A stretch of DNA of 64,000 nucleotides from Chiloscyllium plagiosum (GCF_004010195.1 NC_057718.1:73430234-73494233), one strand, 5' to 3'. Positions 26,465 to 39,218 are shown, numbered from the stretch's first letter. The notes: generated by a model not told the origin, from the letters alone. Numbers and translations are program-made.

Positions 26465-28173
26465 GTCTCTGGTGAAGCACTAGTATTTTGTCCTGCTTTC
26501 TATTTTTGTGTCTTGCTTTCTTAGGGTTGGTGATATCATTTCCAGTTCTTTTTCTCAGAGGATGGTAAATGGGGTCCAAATCAATGTGTTTATTGATGGC
26601 ATTCTGGTTAGAATGCCATGCCTCTAGGAATTCCCGTGCATGTCTCTGTTTAGTTTGTCTTAGGATGGATGTGTTGTCCCAGTCAAAGTGGTGTCCTTCT
26701 TCATCTGTATGTAAGGATACTAGTGATAGTGGGTCATGTCTTTTTGTGGCTAGTTGGTGTTCATGTATCCTGGTGGCTAGTTTTCTGCCTGTTTGTCCAA
26801 TGTAGTGTTTGTTACACTCCTTGCATGGTATTTTGTAAATGACATTCATTTTTATGGTTGTTTCTATAGGGTCCTTTAGGCTCATAAGCTGCTGTTTAAG
26901 TGTGTTGGTAGATCTGTGGGCTACCATGATGCCAAGCGGTCTGAGTAATCTCGAAACTATTTCAGAGATGTCTTTGATGTAAAGTAATGTGGCTGGAGTT
27001 TCTGGGCATGTTGTGTCTGCTTGTTTGGGTTTTTTGTTGAGAAATTGGCAGACTGTGTTTATTGAGTAACCATTCTTCTTGAATACGCTGTATAGGTATT
27101 TGTTTTCTGCTCTTCGTAGTTCCTGGATGCTGCAGTGTGTATTTAATGTCTTAAATACAAACTACCGCTCAACACCCCACAGGCCAAAAGAATAGCAGAA
27201 CAGAACGGTTGCAGAATGCTTAGAGAAATGAGTAATGATTCCCACAACTGACTCCATAAATACAAATCGGGAGACTTCATGCCAAAAAACTTTATGCACT
27301 AACATGACAGACACACTAGAATGAGACATAAGCATCAAACAGCAGGAAACAAAGAATGGAAAGAAGAACCCTTCAGGAAAAACTAGACAAGCTCACACAA
27401 GAAAACAACACAGAGAACGCTGAGGCTTGAATTTAAAAAAGCTATCAAACTGACCACTAACAGATACAGAAACAGCCATCCTAGTAAGAGGGCTAAACTA
27501 CAACTACAGGGACATGGACAAAAAGGACTTCCTGGCAGCATTAGAATCAACACTGAAAGACAATGGACTCACAGATGAAACCCAGCAGACCATCAGGCAG
27601 ATAGTTGACCAATATTAAGCAGGAAAAAGGCAGTAAACACACTCAATACACAGGAAAGGAAAGCCCTAGAAAGACTTTAGAAAAATTGCAATCCGACCTG
27701 CAGACAAAGGGCACAAGACTGTCATTCCAAACAGAAAGGATGACAATGAAAAAAGTGAACTCACAGCTTGCAGATAACAACACTTACCAACAGGTGGTGA
27801 TAGACCTGACTCCACAACTAGAAAACAGAGTCACATCCTTTCTGAAAAAGGCTTCAGAAATTCGGAGAAATAAACAAGACAGATTTGCAAAAAAATGAAA
27901 CTGGATGGATCCTTCTGTGGATTACCTAAAGTACACAAACCAAGGGCTCCCCTCAGTCCCATAGCCTCACTACCTGGAACACCGACACACAGGCTAGCCA
28001 AGGAACTCCACCAAAATCTAAAATACCTAGCGGAAGACTCATGCCACTCCATCCATGAATTCCTGAACACCATCAAGGACACTAAAACAGAAGAGGATGA
28101 AATAATGGTCTCCTTTGACATATCAATTCTGTTCACATCAATTAACATCAACCTGGTGAAAGAAACACTGACT

Positions 28174-28353
28174 GATTAGATTACATTGCACATCTTTGGA
28201 CTGTGGGAGGAAACCGGAGCACCCGGAGGAAACCCATGCAGACACGGGGAGAATGTGCAAACTCCACACAGTCAGTCACCTGAGGCTGGAATTGAACCAG
28301 GGTCTCTGGCGCTGTGAGGCAGCAGTGCTAACCACTGTGCCACCGTGCCGCCC
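28174..28353 (-). mobile_element. HE1/V-SINE with internal deletion
   Basis: V-domain joined directly to (AATCT)n; interrupts PLE RT at KETLT/ALLEE. Confidence 0.9.
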
Positions 28354-28872
28354 ACTGCACTACTAGAAGAACCAAAGACACAAACACCAGACAGCGCCAG
28401 CTTCATCAGCAAAGACAACATCCTCAAGCTAGTAGACCTGTGCCTTACCACCCACTTCACATTTAATAACAAGACCTACAAACAAATCAATGGTACACCC
28501 ATGGGATCACCAATATCAGGATTCCTAGCTGAAGCAGTAATGCAGAGACTTGAACAAACAGCCCTCCCAACTATTCAACCCAAACTTTGGGTCCCCCATG
28601 TGGATGACATCTTTGTCATCACAAAACAGAACAAATTGGAGGAAACCAACAACACCATCAACAATATCCTCACTGGCATAAAATTCACAAACGAGGAGAA
28701 CAACAACAGATTCCCATTCCTGGATTTCACAGTAGAGTGAACTTCAAACCAGTGTCTACAGGAAAACAATACACAAACCAAATACTTAACTACAGAAGCA
28801 ATGTTTGTGAGAAGATTTGTAGCTCGGGTGCTCATTGCTGTGGTTCTGTTCACCGAGCTGGAAGTTTTTGTT

Positions 28873-28912
28873 GCAAACGTTTCGTCCCCTGGCTAGGCGA
28901 CATCCTCAGTGC
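28873..28912 (-). ncRNA. Minimal hammerhead ribozyme motif (family B)
   Basis: Reverse complement of 29158-29197. Confidence 0.75.
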
Positions 28913-29157
28913 TTGGGAGCCTCCTGCGAAGCGCTTCTTTCCTCCGGTGTTTATAGTGGTCTGTCCCTGCCGCTTCCGGTTGTCAGTTTCAGCTGGCTAG
29001 TTGATGTAACGACACGCCATTAACAAACACATCGACCTGGACCCAATATTCCAACCATTACAGCGGACAGCTGAAACTGACAACCGGAAGCGGCAGGGAC
29101 AGACCACTATAAACACCGGAGGAAACATCAAAGAAGCGCTTCGCAGGAGGCTCCCAA

Positions 29158-29197
29158 GCACTGAGGATGTCGCCTAGCCAGGGGACGAAACGTTTGC
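29158..29197 (+). ncRNA. Minimal hammerhead ribozyme motif (family B)
   Basis: GCA-CTGAGGA-T-GTCGCCT-agcc-AGGGGAC-GAAA-CGTT-TGC; stem I GCA/UGC; stem II 6 of 7 pairs. Confidence 0.78.
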
Positions 29198-30031
29198 AAC
29201 AAAACCTCCAGCTCGGCGAACAGAACCACACCACAGAAGCAATCATCCCAACTGTTATCTGGTATGGTGACAAAATGTCTGAAAACAAACCTTCCAGTTC
29301 AGTGAGCAAACTTACAACTAGGACCTCAACCTAGGCTACAAATCTTCTCAAAGATTACGGGAGGGTAATTCTTCAGGATGACTAGGGAATAGGGACCCTG
29401 CAGGTCTCATCATGCAGAGAACATGAATTTGTGTAGAAAATTCTTCCCTTCTATAAGCCTTAATATTGGTACGTCCTCAGCCCCCTTCCTGCCAGGTTTG
29501 GTCACTTACCCTAACCATTCAAAATGTAGTTGCAACCATTTACTTCACTTTTAGAGACCTTCGATTTCCAACACAATGGAAAATGATTGAGCGCTCATTA
29601 GCTACTGGTTTCCAGCTGGTAAATCCATTCCATTCCTCGTAGTTCATTCCATAAAACCCACAGACCTTACATTCCCGAGGTCCTGACTGGACTCACCATC
29701 CTGAGCCTGCACCTGCCTGCCCTTCCCACCCACCCTCTGGCACAGAAGGTGATCATGCCAGGTGTAGTCATTCACTGCCATCACCTTCAAGCCAGACAGC
29801 TCCCAGCTATGGATGACTGCCGCCAGCCACCCTTCATAATCCCTTCCCAGCAATCACTACTATATCCCTCCCCAGCAGATACTGTTGTCCTCCTCACAAC
29901 TCCTATCCTTCCTTCTCCAAAGCTTACAGTCCCTAGTGCCAAAGATTAATTTTCTAATCTCATTCCTACAGCAATTCATTTGCAATCTCCATGAGTATTG
30001 GCTTTGGCTCCTTGTAATTATGTTTCCATGT

Positions 30032-30341
30032 GGGCGACACGGTGGCACAATGGTTAGCACTGCTGCCTCACAGCGCCAGAGACCCGGGTTCAATTCCCGC
30101 CTCAGGCGACCGACTGTGTGGAGTTTGCACATTCTCCCCGTGTCTGCATGGGTGTGCTCCGGTTTCCTCCCACGCTCCAAAAATGTGCAGGTCAGGTGAA
30201 TTGGCCACGCTAAATTGCCTGTAGTGTTAGGTGCAGGGGTAAATGTAGGGGAATGGGTCTGGGTGGGTGCGCTTCGGCGGGTCGGTGTGGACTTGTTGGG
30301 CCGAAGGGCCTGTTTCCACACTGTAAGTAATCTAATCTAAT
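30032..30341 (+). mobile_element. HE1/V-SINE
   Basis: Full length. Confidence 0.92.
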
Positions 30342-31094
30342 TAAGCCTGTAAGATCTTATCCATTAACCTCTATTTGTGCTGTTAAATCATTTAGTTTAT
30401 TCCAAATACTATGCAAACTTAAGTAAAGAACCATTAATTTTGCCTTTTTAAGCATTCTCTACTTGCACCCATCAATGTTTACCCTATTTGCTGCTTTTTG
30501 AAAATGGTTGCAGTCTGTTCCTTCCTGTCTCTGGGTAACATTACCTTCAATGGCTGACCTGCAATGTTGCCATATCCACTTGCTTTGTAAACGTACCAAT
30601 CCCCTCTCCAGATCCCATTTCTCCTTATTCAGTTTAAAAGTCTCTCTGCACCTCGAGGTATTCCATTCACCAGGACACTGGTTCCAGCAGGGATCAAGTG
30701 AAATCTATCAAACTGGAACAGTTTCTCCTAAGAAAATGGGTGCGACACTAAATGAATATTTTGCATCAGTATTTACTGTGGAAAAGGATATGGAAGATAT
30801 AGACTGTAGGGAAATAGATGGTGACATCTTGCAAAATGTGCAAAGAGGAGGAAGTGCTGGATGTCTTGAAACGATTAAAGGTGGATAAATCCTCAGGACC
30901 TGATCAGGTGTACCCGAGAACTGTGGGAAGCTAGAGAAGTGATTGCTGGGCCTCTTGCTGAGATATTTGTATCATTGATAGTCACAGGTGAGGTGCCGGA
31001 AGACTGGAGGTTGGCAAACGTGGTGCCACTGTTTAAGAAGGGCAGTAAAGACAAGCCAGGGAACTATAGACCGGTGAGCCTGACCTCAGTGGTG

Positions 31095-31739
31095 NNNNNN
31101 NNNNNNNNNNNNNNNNNNNNNNNNNNNNNNNNNNNNNNNNNNNNNNNNNNNNNNNNNNNNNNNNNNNNNNNNNNNNNNNNNNNNNNNNNNNNNNNNNNNN
31201 NNNNNNNNNNNNNNNNNNNNNNNNNNNNNNNNNNNNNNNNNNNNNNNNNNNNNNNNNNNNNNNNNNNNNNNNNNNNNNNNNNNNNNNNNNNNNNNNNNNN
31301 NNNNNNNNNNNNNNNNNNNNNNNNNNNNNNNNNNNNNNNNNNNNNNNNNNNNNNNNNNNNNNNNNNNNNNNNNNNNNNNNNNNNNNNNNNNNNNNNNNNN
31401 NNNNNNNNNNNNNNNNNNNNNNNNNNNNNNNNNNNNNNNNNNNNNNNNNNNNNNNNNNNNNNNNNNNNNNNNNNNNNNNNNNNNNNNNNNNNNNNNNNNN
31501 NNNNNNNNNNNNNNNNNNNNNNNNNNNNNNNNNNNNNNNNNNNNNNNNNNNNNNNNNNNNNNNNNNNNNNNNNNNNNNNNNNNNNNNNNNNNNNNNNNNN
31601 NNNNNNNNNNNNNNNNNNNNNNNNNNNNNNNNNNNNNNNNNNNNNNNNNNNNNNNNNNNNNNNNNNNNNNNNNNNNNNNNNNNNNNNNNNNNNNNNNNNN
31701 NNNNNNNNNNNNNNNNNNNNNNNNNNNNNNNNNNNNNNN
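31095..31739. other. Assembly gap
   Basis: N run. Confidence 1.
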
Positions 31740-32092
31740 GCATGCAATTCTGGTCTCCTTCCTATCGGAAAGATGTTGTGAAACTTGAAAGGGTTCAGAA
31801 AAGATTTACAAGGATGTTGCCAAGGTTGGAGGATTTGAGCTATAGGGAGAGGTTGAACAAGTTGGGGCTGTTTTCCCTGGAGCGTCAGAGGCTGAGGGGT
31901 GACCTTATAGAGGTTTACAAAATTATGAGGGGCATGGATAGGATAAATAGACAAAGTCTTTTCCCTGGAGTCGGGGAGTCCAGAACTAGAGGGCATGAGT
32001 TTAGGATGAGAGGGGAAAGATATAAAAGAGACCTAAGGGGCAACTTTTTCATGCAGAGGGTGGTATGTGTATGGAATGAGCTGCCAGAGGAT

Positions 32093-32409
32093 ATTAGATT
32101 ACGAACAGTGTGGAAACAGGCCCTTCGGCCCAACAAGTCCACACGACCCGCCAAAGCGCAACCCACCCAGACCCATTCCCCTACATTTACCTCTTCACCT
32201 AACACTACAGGCAATTTAGCACGGCCAATTCACCTAACCTGCACATTTTTTTTGGATTGTGGGAGGAAACCGGAGCACCCGGAGGAAACCCACGCAGACA
32301 CGGGGAGAATGTGCAAACTCCACACAGAGAGTCGCCTGAGGCGGGAATTGAACCCGGGTCTCTGGCGCTGTGAGGCAGCAGTGCTAACCACTGTGCCACC
32401 ATGCTGCCC
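32093..32409 (-). mobile_element. HE1/V-SINE
   Basis: Full length, nested in CR1. Confidence 0.92.
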
Positions 32410-33614
32410 CTATGATGGAGGCTGGTACAATTGCAACATTTAAGAGGCATTTGGTTGGCAAATGAATAGGAAGGGTTTGGAGGGATATGGGCCAGGTGCT
32501 GTCAGTGGGACTAGATTGAGTTGGGATATCTGGATGGCATGGAAAGGTTGTACCGAAGGGTCTGTTTCCATGCTGTACATCTCTAGGACTCCATGGGTTC
32601 CTCTCTACCCCAGCACTGGTGCCAGTGCCCCATGAGTTGAAACCCATTTCTCCCACTCCAATTTTAAACAATGCATTTAACTGCTTTAGTTTATTTACCC
32701 TATACCAGTTTGTCTGGGACTCAGGCAGCAGTCCTGAGATTACCACCTCGAGAGTTCTGTTTTTCAATTTAGTTTCTAACCATTCAGCTTCTTTCAGCAG
32801 GACCCTCTTTCTAGTCCTATCTATGTCAACAAATGTAGATGATAACAACTTTTCCAAGTTCTTCTCCAGCCCTGACATTAGACAGGCAGCTCAACCTTTG
32901 GGACTCATGCTTATATAACCCCTTATATAATACTCACGCCTACCACTGCAATATTCCTATTGCCTCCTTTCAGTTGAATGGTCCCCTGAACAACAGTATC
33001 ATGGTCAGATTGCTCAAATCTCCCTAACGTACACACTCTGATCAACACAGTTTGCAAGAACCTTGTAATTGTTTTACAATTGTAGGAGCCACCTGATGTG
33101 GAAGAATATCAGGCTTTGAACTCGAGCTCCTCACCTTGGATCTGAAGTTCTTTGGGCTGGAAATAATTGCTGAAGGTGTATTTTCTTTTGAACACTTTGG
33201 TGTCTCGAAGCTCCTCATTATGTGGCAGTAAAACATCCACCCTGCTATCTCAGTTGTCCTTTATTTAAGTTATGAATTCAATATTCTTGTTTTCCTGCTC
33301 TTGACAATTGTAGAACCCCCAACTCTTTACAATTTAGTATAATTAATATTTCTTTGTACACCAGTATCAATCTTATACTTGTCAAGCTTTTTATACAAAA
33401 GTGAAAAAAATCTCGAGACACAAACTGAAGAATGTATTTTTAACTTTAAAGATCATAAATATTCACCATTCACTGCTTTGTTTCAGCACAATCAACCAAA
33501 TGTTTCTTTTCCTTTTTGCCCTTCACTATCTCAATGCTGAACTCTATTGTGAGTGGCACTGAAGTGCTAAGTTGTTCTGTTGGCCTCTTATATATGTTTC
33601 CTACACAAATGGTC

Positions 33615-34010
33615 TGTCTGAGTCATTTAAAGAGAATCCAGTTTCAGCTGATTCTCAAATAAGCTGCTCTTTCACTGGAACACTTGAAAAAATTCTCTAT
33701 TTAAGGCCAACAGCTACAGAATTTAAATGGTAAATTTCAGTTAAATGCCAACCATAAACTACAAACAAATTAGGACAATTGGATTTGTATAAAATAAAGA
33801 TTCGGACTTCCTTGCCCAACAAAAGCACTTTATCAGTTATTAGTTAAACTGAGTTTGCTTGCTGAATTTACATGTTCCTGACATAGAAAGGCTGAGTCAC
33901 TTAATGAGAATCCAGTTTCAACTGGTTATTGATTAAGCTGCCCTGTCGCTAGAACTTGAGGAAAGAAAACCTGGCTTAAAGCTGGCAACTACAGAATTTA
34001 AATTGTTAAT
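33615..34010. repeat. Degenerate direct repeat, ~120-bp matching block, period ~275 bp
   Basis: CTGAGTCA..GAGAATCCAGTTTCA..AAGCTGC..CTACAGAATTTAAAT occurs twice. Confidence 0.75.
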
Positions 34011-34510
34011 GCCAAATAACATGGGCTAACATATAGTAAACTACAAAACTACATCAAGTTGTAGCAAATGGGCACAAAACACTGGTCATGACAGTGAGTT
34101 AGTGGTTAAGACGCAAAAAAGTGATAAGGTGAAAGCAGCATCAGAGTTTGAAATGTCTTTTCCCACCAGTCTGTTCAAGCTGAGGTTACAACTACAATCA
34201 AGTCAAAAGTGCTCCAACCAAAACTAAAGACTACAAGCTATGCATAGAAACATAGTAACTAGACTATCTCTTTCTCTCTCTCTTTAAAAGAAATAATACT
34301 TTACAAGGCACCCAAGACAGCTTAGCTTAAAAAAAAGTAGCTAGAAGTGATGAAGGACAGCTTCAACCTAAGAAGGCATATCCGAAAGAAAGTACAGAGA
34401 AAAAAAACCGAAAAAAAACACTCTTTACAATAAAGAGGTCTAACTGTGTCAAAACATCAGCTGATTCTATCATCTGTTTTCCAGATCAGCATGGAATTTA
34501 AGAAAATTGT

Positions 34511-34833
34511 GGGTGGCACAGTGGCACAGTGGTTAGCACTGCTGCCTCACAGCGTCAGAGACCCGGGTTCAATTCCCGCCTGAGGCGACTGACTGTGTGG
34601 AGTTTGCACGTTCTCCCTGTGTCTGCGTGGGTTTCCTCCGGGTGCTCCGGTTTCCTCCCACAGTCCAAAGATGTGCAGGTAAGGTGAATTGGCCATGCTA
34701 AATTGCCCGTAGTGTTAGGTAAGGGGTAAATGTAGGGGTATGGGTGGGTTGCGCTTCGGCGGGTCGGTGTGGACTTGTTGGGCCGAAGGGCCTGTTTCCA
34801 CACTGTAATGTAATGTAATGTAATCTAATCTAA
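34511..34833 (+). mobile_element. HE1/V-SINE (young)
   Basis: Full length; (TAATG)n(AATCT)n tail. Confidence 0.93.
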
Positions 34834-34877
34834 AAAAAAAACATGTGTAACATCATTGCTGCTTCTTTCTTGCCAAG

Positions 34878-35256
34878 ACCTTATAGAGGCATATAAAATC
34901 ATGAGAGTCATGGATAGGATAAATAGATAAGGTCTTTTCCCAAGTGGGGGAATCCAGAACTGGAGTTTATAGTCTTAGGGTGAGAGGGGCAAGATTTTAA
35001 AGGGACCTTTTTCACACAGAGGGTAGTGCATGTATGGAATGAGCTGCCAGAGGAAGTGGTGGAGGCTGGTATAATCACAGCATTTAAAAGGCATCTGGAT
35101 TGGTATATGAATAAGAAGTGTTTAGAGGGATATGGACCAAATGCTAGAAATTGGGACTATATTAGGTTAGGATATCTAGTAAGCATGGTCGAGTTGGACA
35201 GAAGGGTCTGTTTCCATTCTCTACATCTCGATGACTCTATGACTCTATGATTCTCT
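34878..35256 (+). mobile_element. CR1 LINE 3' end
   Basis: WNELPEEVVEAG; (GACTCTAT)n tail. Confidence 0.88.
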
Positions 35257-35467
35257 ATAAAACACCTGGCAAGAAAGAAAATCAGGAGAAGTGTTCCACG
35301 CAATATAGATTATTTTACTGACACTATTAAAGAGCATAAAACTATAAAAACAAAAGATGAAAGCAAATTTCTCACAATGGTCTGGCAATCCATTAACGTT
35401 TTGTCGCAACGTTAGCTATTTAAAGAAATAATCAATCTTTATGATCAGCAGACAGTTGAAAAAGAAT

Positions 35468-35598
35468 AGGCAAAGGTGAGGACTACAGATGCTCGAGATT
35501 AGAGTCAAGATTAGAGTGGTGCTGGAAAAACACAGCAGATCAGGCAGCATCCAAGGAGCAGGAAAATCAATGTTTCGGGCAGGAGCCCTTCATCAGGG
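35468..35598 (-). mobile_element. Mini PLE insertion (family A variant)
   Basis: Antisense CTGATGA-A-GGGC-tcct-GCCC-GAAA; TSD AAAAGAAT at 35460-35467 and 35599-35606. Confidence 0.82.
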
Positions 35599-37075
35599 AA
35601 AAGAATGACAGGCTATGTTCTATGTTCTATGTTCTATGTAGGCTGTCAAAGTTCTTGTTTTTGGGCCCTAAAAGCTTTAAAAGAATATAATCTTTTGGTA
35701 TTTCTGACAATGCATGCAATGGTCTGACAACAATTTTCAGATTTTAAAAGAGCTATTTAAAGTTTGAGTCAATTTCAAGATTCACCGGCTTAAGTTCATG
35801 CCAAACTGACAAAAGCTAAGTGAAACAACCACCCAATTTCACCCAATAGTCAATGCAAAACTACAGAACGTGATTTCACTGAAGCTAGCCATTCTGAAAG
35901 GATTATGGGATTGGTTATTGTCTATGCCCATCAAATTAATCAAAAAAGCTCTTCTGGACAAACCCAAGGAATAAAGCATTGATACTAGAAAAAAGGATGT
36001 AAGCTTGAGGAAATTTGTTGCTAGTCATCAGTATCTGCAAGTGCTCGACATTGGAACAAGTGTTGCAGTTGTCAACAGGTTCAGTAGAACATTGTATAGC
36101 TTGCCTCACTCACATAGGCAGTATCCAGAAGTTCGTGACATAAGGAACCTATGTTCTACAAAAGGACATTGAGCTAAAATGAACAAGAAGTTGTAATTGC
36201 CCAGAGAAATCCAAAATACAACAGTATATTGCACAACAGCATGTGAAGAACAGCCAATCATGGAATAATGCCAAAAACATTTTCAAAGTTTCATCTAGAT
36301 CATGTCAATGAAGTTTAAGAAATCACAATGTCATAGTTTACAGATCTATTATCAATTTGACATGTCACCTGGATACCGTTGGGAAAGTTGAAGTTTTTAC
36401 CTCCATTCAAGTGATAATCACCAAGACAAATCGACAACATGTATCAATTGCCAAAACTGACACTAGTGCTGGGGTTGTTATTATCTCTTCCATGGAATAT
36501 ATTAAGGAAACTGGCTCAATGTTGTACTTACCATACAAGATAAACTAACTGCTTACAACAGATCTGACATTGTCAGTGTCTGTGTTCAATTCCAATATAT
36601 ATCCTTGGATTGAACACATGAAATCTTTTTAGATGATCAAAATAGATGGGCCAACTATTAACGGTCTATCAGTACATATGGATCGACATATTCTTATGAT
36701 CAATGAGATAACAAAGCTGTCGGTATAACAAACATTCCAGATCGCAACATCAATCTAATACATCTTGGTAATTACCAAGCAGAGCAGATTCAGCAAACCA
36801 TGCCAGAAGATCACCTGTCACAAGATCTCAAAAAGATCATCATCAACGAATACCCAAATATATCAATAGGTTCTCTGAGATAGTACATTATTCCTGGTCA
36901 TTCAGAGAAGAGTTAGCACTGTCTGAGAATGTAATCTTCAAAGGCAAACAAGTCATACTTCCTTCAGGCTCTACATCTGGAAGTACTAGACCATGCACAT
37001 ACAGGCCGTACGGATGCAGAAAAAAGCATGCAGATTGTCATGTGAATCCATATATTGACCTGGCATTAATAAGGA

Positions 37076-37769
37076 GAACACGCCCCCACCTACATCAACA
37101 GAGCTGAGGTTGAGAGGGTTGGGAGCATCAAACTCCTCGGAGTGACGATAACCAACAATCTGTGCTGGACTTTCCACATAGATGTGAATGCCAAGAAGGC
37201 ACAACAACGCCTCTTCTTCCTCAGGTGGCTCAGGAAATTTGGCATGTCCATAAAGACCCTCACCAACCTTTACAATGCACTACTGAAATACTGGTAAGGG
37301 AACTGCTCTGCCCAGAACTGTAAGAAACTACAAAAGGCTGTGTGCACACCCCAGACCAGCACAGAAGTCAATCTTCCATCCATGGACTCCACTTAGATGG
37401 CTCGTTGCAGCGGAAAGGCTGCCAACATCATCAAAGACCCATCACACCCCAGTAATGCTCTCTTACAACCTCTTCCATCAGGCAGAAGGTACAGAAGCCC
37501 GAATACACGCACCAACAAGTTCAGGAACAGCTTCTTCCCTGCCATTATAAGACTGATGAATGGAAGCCCTAACTTCAAATAATACTGTTCTTGCTAATGT
37601 TGATCTTGCCTAGTGCATGCCCTGTGCAATGTAACCTGTATGCCTCTGTCTGAGTTTTATTTTACCCTATGATCTGTATGTCCTTGCTTATTATGGTCTG
37701 CCTCTACTGTTCGTTAACAAAGCTTTTCACTGTACTTAGGTACACGTGACAATAAATCAAATCAAATCA
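37076..37769 (+). mobile_element. Rex1/Babar LINE 3' fragment
   Basis: VERVGSIKLLGVTI..KKAQQRLFFLR..LPSGRRYRS..FRNSFFP; AATAAA(TCAAA)n tail; short AAGGA duplication. Confidence 0.88.
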
Positions 37770-38195
37770 AAGGACATTAATCAACCAATCAAGTCAATTC
37801 CATCAATTTCAATAACTGAGAGAACTCTCCTTCCACACAAGTTTCCTTCTGAACCATGGTGTAAGATTGTAACTGACACATTCTATGTCCAAGAACATGA
37901 TTACATTTTGGGAAATGACCATGCAGAAATTCCATTTTGTGTGACAAAGCAAAGGTAGCACCAGTGCAACAATTGTTGACACATTTACTACCACATTTGG
38001 TTTGTTTGCTATATCTGAACAAATTGTATTTGACAATAGTCACGGTACATAAAAGCATCCTTCCAAGATGTGTGCAGGGAATGGGTTTCAGTATATTGCT
38101 ACCTTTGCTCACTATCCTCAGGCAAACAGCCTTGTAGAAAGCACTATTCATATTGTATGATCTGTGATCATTAAACATAAAGCAACATTTTTGAT

Positions 38196-39218
38196 GATGT
38201 AGAGGTGCCGGTGTTGGACTGAGGTGGTCTAAGTTAAAAATTGCACAACATCAGGTTATAGTCCAACAGGTTTATTTAGAAGTATTGGTTTTCAGAGTAC
38301 TGCTCCTTCATCCAGTAGCAGGATCATAAGGCACAGAATTTATAACAAAAGATTACAGTGTCATGCAACTGAAACGATACATTGAACAAACCCAGATTGC
38401 TGTTAAGTCTTTCATTTTTTAGAATGAGTTGCAGATTTCGCCAAGACCTTCCCTACATCTCCACTTCTCACCTTTAAACAACCACCAAACCTTAAACAGA
38501 CCATTATTCACAGCAAACTGCCCAGCTTTCAGGACAACTCACGCAGACACTCTCTCATACACACACTCTCTCTCATACACACACACACACACATACACCC
38601 CACACACTCACTAACTTACAGGCTTATACTCCATCACACTCACACACATACTTTACCAAGCAACACACACACTCTCTCATACGTACTCACACTCAACGGA
38701 CACATTCACATGCACACACTCACACACTCTCTCATGCACAAACACACACACATATTAGTCTATGGGGCAAATTTGCATTTGCAGAATTGCAATTGCAGAT
38801 ACATTCTATTTTGCTCAAAAGGCACACAATCTGCAGGCAGTCAATGTAGGGAGTCAATCTGTATAAGATTTTATAAATTCCAACTTTGGAAATAGAACCA
38901 GTCTGACTCAAGATTGCGATACGACAGACTCTGGCCTGACAAATTCAATGCATTGTCTGAGCTGAGATGTCACCTTTTTTAATAAAAGCTGAAGCTATCT
39001 CAAGAATGTGATTTAAAAGAAGTTCTGGAATTTACATATTAATGAACTTAAACCTGCAACCTATCCTAAAAGATGAAAGACTTAACAGCAAGCTAGGTTT
39101 GTTTAATATATAATTTCAGTTGCATGACACTGTAATCTTTTGCTATAAATTCTGTGCCTTATGATCCTGTTCCACAGCTACCTGATCAAGGAGCAAACCT
39201 GGTGTGTGATTTTTAAAG
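38196..39218. mobile_element. Inverted-repeat PLE (family C) with CA-rich interior
   Basis: Arms ~38321-38434 and 39054-39167; KTFPTSPLLTFKQPPNLKQ; TSD ATTTTTGAT at 38187-38195 and 39219-39227. Confidence 0.82.
38540..38755. repeat. CA/CT-rich degenerate microsatellite
   Basis: Direct inspection. Confidence 0.9.

Larger units (their letters stand above)
28803..29232. mobile_element. Young inverted-repeat PLE (family B) nested in an older PLE
   Basis: Arms ~28839-28995 and 29068-29230; spacer encodes AINKHIDLDPI; TSD ACAGAAGCAAT at 28792-28802 and 29233-29243. Confidence 0.92.
26393..29358 (+). mobile_element. Penelope-like element, ~3 kb, with inverted 3' segment at its 5' end
   Basis: Plus strand: GLPKVHKP, MVSFDISILFTSI, GTPMGSPISG, HVDD. 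Minus strand 26393-27141: VIYKIPCKECNKHYIGQTGRKLATRIHEH (GIY-YIG). 11-bp TSD GGGAGGGTAAT at 26382-26392 and 29359-29369. Confidence 0.93.
30735..32590 (+). mobile_element. Young CR1 LINE (RT to 3' end) spanning a gap
   Basis: LNEYFASVFT, NYRPVSLTSVV, QFWSPSYRKDVVKLERVQKRF. Confidence 0.93.
30350..33100 (-). mobile_element. Old CR1 ORF1 region, split by a younger plus-strand CR1
   Basis: VVISGLLPE..LKQLNA..MGFNSWG, esterase-like ORF1 at 32600-32880; continues at 30600-30730. Confidence 0.65.

Noticed and set aside
30032..30105. tRNA-like sequences with A and B boxes
   Set aside because: They are SINE heads continuous with the V-domain, not tRNA genes
29860..30321. Recurrent ORFs such as MWKQALRPNKST.. 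and MCCWKSAAGQAAS..
   Set aside because: Antisense translations of SINEs and PLE termini; recurrence reflects copy number
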